A stretch of 64,000 bases of DNA from Utricularia gibba (Eukaryota > Plantae > Magnoliophyta), in the NCBI GenBank assembly GCA_002189035.1, contig CM007990.1, forward strand, positions 2,914,001 to 2,978,000, given 5' to 3'. This document shows, piece by piece, positions 54,002-64,000 of the stretch. Made by a program: the position numbers and the translations under genes. The notes beneath the pieces are model-generated. The model did no database searches, was not told the origin of the DNA, and was given only the letters and a program-made list of their open reading frames with translations. Each line of letters starts with the position of its first letter. The stretch's first letter is position 1.

Positions 54002-56750
54002 TAGAGTTCGGCCGGTTCCAGTTCGGTTCTATTGTTGAACCAGAACCGATCGGTTCTAGTTCTCCGGTTCTTTTTCTTTGCAGTACCGGTTCTGGTTCCG
54101 GAACCATTAGAATTTTGAGGAACCGAACCGGAACCGTTAGAATTGTGGTTCTAGTTTCCGGTCCGATTCCGGTTAGAACCATAAAATATGAATTTTTTTT
54201 AATTGAGATAAAATTTAACTTACAAATAATAATAAATGTATTACAATAAAAAAACTAATATTATAAAATAATAAAAACATTCATTCTTCATTTCCTTGTT
54301 CCATCTCATCGTCCTCCTCATCATCATCATCCTCGGAATCCACATAATGTGTTTGTGACCTTCAATTAGCCATAATCCAATCTTTGATACAAATGCATGC
54401 TTCTAAAGTATTATTTCCCAATCTTGATCTTTTACTTGTGAGTGTTCAACCACCTGCACTAAAAGCACTCTCCGATGCAACAGTGGATGCCGGAGGAGTC
54501 AAGATATCTTTGGCTAATCTAGCCAAGATGGGGGTGATTTGTGGTATTGGATTTCCACCAACTTAAAACATCAAAATGATCATCCATTGAAATTATGGTA
54601 GGTGCCTTAGTATAAAAAGCAAAATCATTACATGTAGAGGAAGAAGAAATATGGTCTACATGTTCTTGTTCATTCATCATTGAAAAAGTAAATGCCGAAA
54701 GACACATAGAATTTGAATTAGATGTAGAAGTAAAAGAAGTAGGAATATTTGAATTAGTAGGAGTATATTTTTGCTCATATAATGCATACATAGAAGAAAT
54801 AACTTCAATAGTTGAAGAATTTATATCATCCACATCAAAAAATATAAAATCATCTGAATCAATATTAGATGCACTATTATGAGTATTCATATGCTTAGAA
54901 ATAGATTTTAGCATAACATCAAGACCTTTTACTTTAATTCTAAGATCAAAAATTGTTGCCACAAGAAATAAATATGGAATTTGTTAAAAATATTTCAAAA
55001 ATTTTGTACGCATAGGTTTAATCATTTCCCTACAATAAGACTTGCTTCAAAATTTTGAAAAAACGAATACAATTTGATTAATATATTGAACTACAAGATG
55101 TGAAGTTGGATAATAAGTATCACTTAGAAAGATTTGTGCAATAATGAAATGTTTTTAATAATTTTGTAGGACACTTTAAAGTAATGAAATTGTTTATAAG
55201 CAATTCTCGAGAAGAAATTTGCATCACTTCAAGAAAATCAATTAAAGGTTTCTCAAAAGGTATAATAGTTTCCAACAAAGTATAAGTCGAATTCCATCTA
55301 GACAATCTAATTTTAATTTTTTGTAAGAAATGCCACAAGTACTACAAAGAAACTTAAATTGTTGTTTTTTAACACCATTAGACTTTGAAGTAGTCACAAC
55401 ATTTCTCATCAAAATCAAAATTGATTCACAACTTTTTAATCCATTTTGAACACATAAATTTAAAATATGACAAACACATCTTGTATGAAAAAATACACCA
55501 TTTAAAAGAGGATTCATATCAACTTTTAAAATTTCAATAGCATTAGTGTTTGCACTAGCATTATCTAAAGAAATCGAAATAATTCGTTCAAAAATATTAT
55601 AATCTTTGCAAACATCCGTAATAAATTTAGCAATAGCAGAAGCATTATGTGGTAATTCCCAAGGTATAAAAGCTAAAATTCGTTTATATGTAATCCATTT
55701 ACTATCTATCCAAGAACAAGTAAGCACAATATAATGATCACCATTTATTCCTTTCCAACCATCACAAGTCAAGGAAGACATGCATTCCATAGTTGAAAAT
55801 AAAGAAATAAGTTCCAACCTCATAGATTTAAATTCATTTAAAGCAATATATCTTGCTTTTTTAGCACTAAATTTTTTATAACTATGATTGAGTTGTTGAA
55901 GCACTTCTTGAACATAATCACATTCAACAACACTAAAAGCCCACTCTTTCATAATTATTAAACGAACAATCATTGTTTGAATTTTTCTAACTCAAATTTA
56001 AAAATGCTAGGATGATTTCCATTTTCAAAACAAAGTTGAGTTTGTCTAGAAGAAAAAGGAGTATCAAGAACATTAGTATGCTTTGTTTTAAGATGTTTTA
56101 TAAAAGAACCCGAGCCTCCACTACCAAGTTTATAAATTTTACCACAATACTTGCATTTGATTGATTTTTCACCCTCTAAGACAAAATGAGATAAAAAAGA
56201 GCAGGAGATTTCTTACGCTTCTTTGAAGATGGTGCTAAATTTGATTCCTCCATTGGATCCATATCATTTGCTATAGCCTCCATAATGTCTTCATGGATGT
56301 TGACATTATTTTCAACTTCTCTATCCAATTGAGGAAGAATTGTAGAATTTTGAGAGCTTTGAAAAGATTCATGACCAAAGGAACTCATACTTTGATTTGA
56401 GATGAAAATGAGAGAGAAAAAGTAGATGAAAATAAACAAAAACAAGGTTAGTATTTATAGAATGAAAAACTAATATAATTATAATAAAAAAACTTAATTA
56501 ATTTTTATTTTAAAAAAGAGGCAACGACTATATAGCCGTTGCCTACCAATTATCATTCCTTACTTTTATTAATTGCATAGCCGTTGTGTAAGACTTCCAA
56601 TAATAAATAAATATGATCATCAACTTGGGGTCCATTTGAAAAGTACCCATCCTCTCAAAACCTTTTGCAAAATACTCATCCTTAATATTGTTTTTATAAA
56701 TAAATGTTAAAAAAATGAAATACACTGACATGTCAATGTATTTTTTTATT
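54002..56750 (-). mobile_element. Degenerate Ac-like hAT element
   Basis: Terminus TAGAGTTCGG with AACCG/CGGTT subterminal repeats (54002-54180); BED finger CKYC..KHLKTKH; SLTCDGW, LDNASAN, CVCHILNL, RWNSTY; dimerisation domain VLSWWK..ASTVASESAFS. Second end not found. Confidence 0.88.
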
Positions 56751-56753
56751 TTG

Positions 56754-56781
56754 TATATATATATATATATATATATATATA
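56754..56781. repeat. (TA)n microsatellite
   Basis: About 14 TA units. Confidence 0.9.
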
Positions 56782-57169
56782 ACTATATACATATTCATTA
56801 TTTTATTCAAATTGTATGAAACAATAATCAATAATATATTATAGAATTTAAATTGTATACTATTGAAAAACATTGTAATAAAATTTGATATATAATATTA
56901 TTAAATATAAAAGATATAAAATAAATAGTAATATAAATATTAGGTAACAACTATCCATATATTGTAATATTGAATCATTCCGTAAAAAAATACGTAAATA
57001 TTATTTTTAATTATTATATTAAATGATTTCACCATATTATGTTTAATCCTAAAATATTGGAAATATGTCTCTATTAATGATATAATTGATATATATAACA
57101 ATTTATTTGAAACATATATCTTTTATAAAATAAATAAACATAAATATTTTTCGAACGCTTCTTAGAATC

Positions 57170-57595
57170 ACAATTAGCGTCCAACATATTTTGGGCGCTA
57201 CTTCGGGTAGGAAGCCGCGCCCAAGAAAGGTCTCATAAGTGAACACATACTGCACCACTCTTTTGAAACATGCATATTCCGATAGAGTGATATAGTTTCG
57301 ATCAACAACCTGAGGGTTGTCCCAAAAATATTTTCATCCATTAAAACAACAAAATCTTTGTGTGCATGAAAAAATTTTCGATTATATTAAAGAAATTAAT
57401 GTATATATTCTGGATGCTACTTTGAATAACAAGCAATACCCAAGATGTATTGGACACTGCTTAGAATAATAAATAGCACCTAACATATTTTTGGGCGTCA
57501 CTTCCAATTAGAAGCAGCGCCCAGGAAAGGACTCATAAGTGATCCATACTGCATAACTCTTCTGGAACATTAGCATTCGAGTAGAGTGACACAAC
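57170..57595 (+). repeat. Two direct ~120-bp repeats 300 bp apart, each with a 32-bp hairpin
   Basis: 57192-57223 TGGGCGCTACTTC..GAAGCCGCGCCCA and 57492-57523 TGGGCGTCACTTC..GAAGCAGCGCCCA, with similar flanks. Confidence 0.85.
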
Positions 57596-57743
57596 TTTCT
57601 ATTTATACATATGAGATCAATAACTCAAGATTTCTCCCTAAACCAAAAGTGTAGTCCTACACAAAACATTCAAAATAACAAACCAAAAAACCAAAAGTCT
57701 GTCACTACTATAAAATATCCATACAAAACATTCAAAATAAAGA

Positions 57744-58900
57744 TCATGGCCATCTCCTACCGTTTCTTCTCCTTTCCTTCCTTCTTCCTTGATTTCTACA
57801 TGACTCTTCCACGGGATAAATTACTTGGATTGGGATTGGAATATCTTCAAGAGGCACATTCAAGCTTTGAAGTGTAGTCTTGTAAGTGAAGATTTGTCCT
57901 TCCTTTTCTTTCAAAAGGTGGTTGACATTATCTAGCTGCTTTTCCAATCTTTTATTTGCTGCATTACTAGCCCTTACTTGTGACCTTTGAACCGTGAGCT
58001 CCACATTCAGTTGTTGCACTTGTTTTCTCATTTCTTCCACTTCATTCTTGAGAGTAGCAATCTCGAGTCTAGCATTCTTGAGGTCCTCAACAGCACCTTC
58101 ATTTTCCTTCACCAATTCTCGTAGTTGTTCTATCTCTTGTTGCTCAGAAGCCATCACGTCTTCCTCCATCTCCTCACATCACTTTCTTCATCTATTTGTC
58201 TCTGTTGTGCTCTTTTCCTTCGATGCCCCCATCTTGCTTCCTCCTCTGCACGACTCCACTCGGGAACTCCATGAATATGCCGTTAACCTGCATCAGATGT
58301 ATTTGTAACAACAGAAAAGGAGCATGAATGATAACACAAAATTTACCTTGAACATTCCTAAGCACATGAGTAGTATTAAGCTTTTTTATTTGTTGCCATT
58401 GATAGTTTTTCCCCTGAAGACGCTCCATCATATCATCATAGTCCTCTTTAGGCAATTTGTTAAACACATGAGCTGTGTTAATGTCCCTGCTATTTGGATA
58501 CGACAAGAGAAATGTCCAATTGGCATATGACGGTGGTATAACAATAATGTTATACTTATACCAATTGGCAAATGCTCTTGGTGCCACAGAGAGTAAAGGT
58601 TGGTGATTGTAAGACTGAAAATACCAACCACGAGTTCGAGGTTCTCGCGTCATCTGTACAATGCAAAGGAAACGAATTACAGTAGGTTCAATTCCCTCTT
58701 CAGTGAAAAATTGCAAGAAAGTAAATGTCATAAGCAATGTTGATGGTGTAAGTGCACCGAGTGGAAGATTCAAGTGAGTGAGTAAGTTGATAAAAAAACG
58801 GATTCAGAGGAAATTTTATGCCAATTTCAAATGCCTTCATTGGGATTACCGTCCCTGCCTCATACTAAATGGGAAGTGTCATACCAGGAGTAGATTGACC
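57744..58900 (-). pseudogene. Transposon accessory ORF (Transposase_28/PF04195-like N-terminus, coiled-coil C-terminus)
   Basis: AFEIGIKFPLNPFF..LNLPLGALTPS..FFTEEGIEPTV; probable intron near 58340-58290; heptad-rich tail EIEQLRELVKE..; frameshifted. Confidence 0.6.
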
Positions 58901-59755
58901 ACTTGGTATCACAAGAGTATAATCATGTAGAATACCATATTTAGCACAAAATAGGTCCACCATTTTAACTGAAAATGCATCATATCAACAAGATACACAT
59001 GAATAGCAATATATTTTGTTGAATGTAGCTCAACTAATATTTCATTTTTCTCACAACAATATCAACAGAAGTACATATTCTATCATCACTACGAATGAAT
59101 AAGCCATTACACATTAACATGGACGACAATTGTGTAAGAAGCGAGAAATTGCAATGTAATCTGAAAAATCGAAAAGCACCACCAGAAATCAGCGACATTG
59201 AAGTTACCTGATGAGGAAGGTCTATCTAACATCTATATTTGCCCAAGGCTTCACATTCGAGCACGATTGTATCGGCGCTGTATGTATGCGCTCGCGCAGA
59301 AGAAACCCCCAATTTTGATGGGTTTATTTCAACCTAATTTGCCTCTGTTGAGTAATTTGCAAAACCAGCTGTTGTATATTTTTTGACACTGTATTGCTCT
59401 CATGGATTACACACAATCCAGAAGAGTCATACAATATGTTCGGGACGCTACATGTAATGAGAAGTAGCGTCCAGGCAAATATCTTCCTAAGTAGCGCCTT
59501 CTATCATTTGAGTTGAAAACTTGATATGGCATAAATCTAAAGTAAAATGTAATGTAGATTGTACGATTTAATCCAAACCATACACTTGATGGAGATCCAT
59601 CGGTCTAGATCTCATGATTTCCTAGCACTATCTTGCTTCACCTTTTCAACTTGCTAATAAAAGGGTGTATTCTCATACTTCTTCATCTTTCACTCAAAAC
59701 TAGCCTCTCATTTATAAGCAAGTCTGTGAGTGCTGCAAGCTTTGCAAACAAGGAG

Positions 59756-62560
59756 ATGAATACCAACAGCATCCTCGCCAAGATCTTTTATGGAGGCAAC
59801 ACAATTGAATACCCAAACAATTATAGGGCGTATGATCTGCCACCAATATCCATCCGAAGATTTGAGAGTGGTATTTCACTAAATTCTCTTCATGAAGAAT
59901 TGTATTCGGTTTGTGGTATAGACCTAGCACAAAACAAAGTCCGAATAATAATTCAGTTTTTTGATTCTTCTTCTAACTGTACTTGAGTTTTGTGGATTAC
60001 AGCAGACTGTGATTTGTTGTATGTTTTCAATCCAAGCCATACACAAATGGGTTTCGACATTTTCGTGGAACGCATTTCAAAGCATGTCCCTGAAGAAGTC
60101 TTTAACGTTGATTTAAATGTTTGCTGTGCTGAAGAAGAAATGAATGAAGGTATGGTGACATAGAAAGAGAAGGGATTTTTCAATGTGTTGTTCCTGAAAT
60201 TTAGCTTGACCATTATATAATCTATATGTGTGCAGGTGAGGAAACTCATGACTATGATGTATACGCTTCTGATGATCCTGTAGGTTGCAATGACATTCCA
60301 GTGGATTATATGCAACATTGTGACGTCGACTTTGATATTCAGGGCAATGAGCCACTTGACGAAGATGAAAATGTAACTGAGGAAACATAAGAAGAGGACG
60401 AGATGATCATGTTTGAATCATGAAATAGGCGAGCTAATGTTGGAGATGCACGATGGATACCTCCATCTTTTATTACCAATAATTTGGAAGACGAAGACGA
60501 ATACTCCATGGATGTCACAAACCCTCTTCATTTGATAAGCTCTCCTTTCTCTAAACATCAGAGATTTGCATCAAAAGACGCCTTTCATAATGAAGTGGTG
60601 ATGTACGCAATCAAAATTGGATGTGAATTTAGGACATACAAAGTGCAAGATGGGATGCATGTCGAATATCATTGTTACAAGATGAAAGAGCAAGGATGCA
60701 AATGGCGGATTCGTTGTGCATACTTCATTCATGATGCTGTTTGGAAGATAACTGCACTAGAGGAGCCGCACACATGTAAACGTTTGGGTCAAAAGTCATT
60801 ATCTCATCGAAATATCACACCGGCGTACATAGCAGAATGTGCAAGACTTTTCTTGAAGTAGACTTCGGTATGAAAGTCAGCATTGTTTAATAAGTTATCA
60901 AAGAGAAAACCGACTATAGTGTCTCCTATTATCGGGCATGGTATAGCATGCGAAAAAGCTATGAAATTATTTATGAGACATGGGAGTCTTCAGTACCCCT
61001 TCTATCTCAATTTCTTTTGGAAGTACAACTTAGAAATCCAGGCACCATTGTGGAATATCAACATAGGTAGTCGGACGTATATGAAACCAAGGTACTGAAA
61101 TATGTATTTTGGTCTTTTGGACAATGCATTCAGGCATTCCATTTTTGTCGACCTGTGATCATGGTGGATGCCACCCACCTGTATTCGCGATACTCTCATA
61201 AATTATTGATCGCCGTAACAATAGACGCTTCTGGTCTCCTTTTGCCTCTTGCATTTGCAGTTGTAGATAGTGAAAATGATGACTCATGGCATTGGTTTAT
61301 TCAGTTACTGGATCGGCATGTGGTTGCTAATTGGGCATGTTGCATTATATCAGACAGGTGCCCTTCTATAGAAAATGCAACATCAAAAGTTAAGGCATTC
61401 ATGCCTGATTATGGAGGTTGGCATAGATATTACATACGTCACCTGCGGTCCAATTTTCTTAGCAAGTATGGAAAATTTCCACGTATGCATGAACTATTTA
61501 TGAAAGCTGTGTATGCCACATCGACAACTAAGTTGAGGTTCTACATGGAAGAAATTTACAAAATACACCCAGAAGCATGGGAGTACCTAAATTGATTACA
61601 ACCTGAATCTTGGACTCTAGCATATGATGGAGGAGCAAGGTGCTGTCACGAATATTTTAGTGCTCATCTAATGTTTAATCTACATGATTGCATATTATGT
61701 AGGTGCGGGACCTTAACAACAAATCAAATTGAAGACATGAATGGAGTATTGAAGGACGCGAGACACCTACCCCTGTGCTCATTGGCACAGGTACCATTGA
61801 TTCTAGATGCATATCCACAAATATAGTTACCAATGCTTTCCTTTTTATGAGAAGGCTACATTTGCACGATGTGAGCACTACTTTTCTGATAGACTACAAA
61901 AGGCACTACATCAACGTCAGCAACACATTATGTTCGCAGACCAACTTCATAAACTATACTCACATTGGGATAAACCAATCCCTCATGTATCAATAAAGGT
62001 AGTTGATCATGTTCAAAAGAAGGTTCTGGTTACTACTCGTAGGAAAAATGGAAAACAAAAGAAGTTCATAGTGATGGTTAGTCAAGGCACGTGCGAGTGT
62101 AGGAAGTGGCAAAATTTCGAAATTCCATGCTCCCATGCTCAGCAGGTACATGCTCGACTCCGTTTATAATGTATTTTATCTTTCGCATTATACTCACTTG
62201 TAACTTCATGTGTGAAGGCATGCCGAATGCTAAACATTGATCCTAAGGATGTGATCAATTCCATGTTACATCTTGATCAGCATATTCGAATATATGAGAA
62301 TCAAATTCAGCCATTGCAATCCGAGGATAGATGGCCACCGGCACCGTTTTTAATGGTCCATGACTCCAGCCGTAAAAAAAAATGTCTGCCATGGGAGACC
62401 CTAGTCAACAAGGTTTACAATGCCAATGGATTATCAGTCACAGAGACATCGTGCATCATTTCAGGCATCGTCCCATCCGAACCAATACCCCATCGATGTG
62501 CTGCCTAGATCATCGATGCATTATTCTGCGATACAACGAATGTATGATACATACGAGTCC
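59756..62560 (+). mobile_element. MULE/MuDR transposase pseudogene
   Basis: MuDR domain FASKDAF..GCKWRIRC..HTC; MULE core VDATHLY..LAFAVVDSENDDSWHWF..IISDR; SWIM finger CECRKWQNFEIPCSHA; multiple stops and frameshifts. Confidence 0.92.
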
Positions 62561-62775
62561 GGTACCTCTACTACATAGAGTGTTCGTGGAAAAAAGTCTA
62601 AGTTGGAAAGAGTTATGGGGTTTTTCTCTGTAAGTAAAAAATGAATAAGCATGTCATAATCATTGTATTGTAAAGAATGTCATATAAATTATTTTACACT
62701 ATCTCATACACAAAACAACACTCTTTCACCTCTTGGGCACCGCATAGACACGTAACTACGCTCAAGGATGCTGAA

Positions 62776-62995
62776 GGCGTCGTTTATATCATGAAGCATC
62801 ACCTAGAGGTGGTGTTGGGTGCCGCTTATACATCTAAGTAGCGCCCATGGCATTGTGAACCAATGCTCAATGCATTTCTGGGCGTCGCTTATATCCATAA
62901 GCAACGCCCATGGCATCCTTGAGCGCTGCTTATGATTTGTAAGTGACGTCCAGGCATGTCTAGGCACTGCTTAGCACAGCAAAAACACCCAATGC
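62776..62995 (+). repeat. Array of 4-5 degenerate ~32-bp hairpin units
   Basis: For example 62816-62847, 62879-62910 and 62920-62952; consensus TGGGCGYYGCTT-N6-8-AAGYAGCGCCCA. Confidence 0.85.
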
Positions 62996-63466
62996 TTAGA
63001 GAGTCAGAATTTTGTAGTAATAAACTGTTAATTATTTACTTCTTTTCAATTTGTAGTCATAATGTCCTATTTTGTTAGTAAAAATATACTCAAGACCTTG
63101 TAAAAAAAAATTGTAGTTAATTTTTTCAAATATTGTTGGAAAAATTCAAAATACTTCAAAAAATTAAATATATACCTACCTCAATTAAATATACACCAAC
63201 TCCCTTTTCAAACCCTACACCCTCTTATCCTCTTCTCCTCTTCTCCTCTTATCCTCTTCTGCCGCATTTTCACCAACCTTCACCTTCAAAATCACCACCT
63301 TCTTCTTCACTGTGTATGTGAATTTTTCTTCACATAACTTCTTCATCTTGAGAAAAATCTTCTTCTTCTCACACAACATTTCAAATCCAACCAACTCATT
63401 CAAGGTATATGATGTCTTTCTGTTTTTTATATTTATTACTAACTCCACTAACATTCACAATGATAG

Positions 63467-64000
63467 ATGACTTTTGGAGACAAGATTAGACAAAGATACT
63501 TAGTTCCTGAAAATTTCGTTATATCAAAGGAAGAAGAAGATGAACAAATTTCAGATCAACCACCACAACGTGTTGGCACTCGTGCTTTTGCAGTTAGCAC
63601 CGAACATTTCAGATGTGGGTTAAGGTTACCTATCCAACCCTTTGTAGTGTCTGTGCTTCGTTCGGTGCGGCTTCCATTATCTCATTTAACACCAGCTTCT
63701 ATTGGAAATATTATTGCATTTATGAGGTTATGTGAAGATGATGGATATCCACTTAGTGTTGGTGCATTGTTTAGCATTGCAAAGTGTTCCAAGGTTGCTC
63801 ACACAAATCATTTCACAATATCATCAAAGGCAAGAATTAAAATAGTCACAGGTTTACGAGATTCCCATGGAGATTGGTAGACTAGTTTTGTATGAGTTAC
63901 TCCACCAGAAGACATGCGAATAAGAATACCTAGACATCTTTCAACCTCATCCAATGTTGGAAAACCAACAGGTAGAAAATGCTTCCTTTGAAAGACTCTT
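63467..64000 (+). pseudogene. Second Transposase_28-like accessory ORF (runs to the window edge)
   Basis: FRCGLRLPIQPFVVSVL..SHLTPASIGNIIAFMRLCEDDGYPLSV..SHGDW*; in-frame TAG at 63878-63880. Confidence 0.65.

Noticed and set aside
53973-54249. ORFs rich in EPEP/GSG/TGT
   Set aside because: They are translation artefacts of AACCG/CGGTT hAT subterminal repeats.
62776-62995. CRISPR-like array
   Set aside because: Eukaryotic TE context, degenerate units, irregular short spacers and no cas genes.

Overview
Plant (angiosperm) nuclear DNA. Most of the window is nested, degraded transposable elements around a two-gene island at about 44-49 kb. The island holds a complete 8-exon ELP3 (Elongator radical-SAM/acetyltransferase subunit, + strand, with one GC-AG intron) and a convergent 9-exon secreted/membrane C2H2-type zinc-finger gene (- strand) with a candidate 1-nt frameshift. 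Bases 1-39 kb are an LTR-retrotransposon nest: CRM-clade centromeric Ty3/gypsy copies (one near-full-length young copy at 25647-31941 with TSD TGTCT), Tekay and Athila gypsy remnants, a short-LTR copia family, Angela copia copies and several solo LTRs with TSDs. This nest also contains an intron-containing TBL (xylan/pectin O-acetyltransferase family) pseudogene fragment. The right end holds a PIF/Harbinger remnant, two hAT remnants and a MULE/MuDR element with accessory ORFs and dispersed ~32-bp hairpin repeats. All coordinates, TSDs and difference counts were read by eye, and family assignments come from recognised motifs, not database searches.
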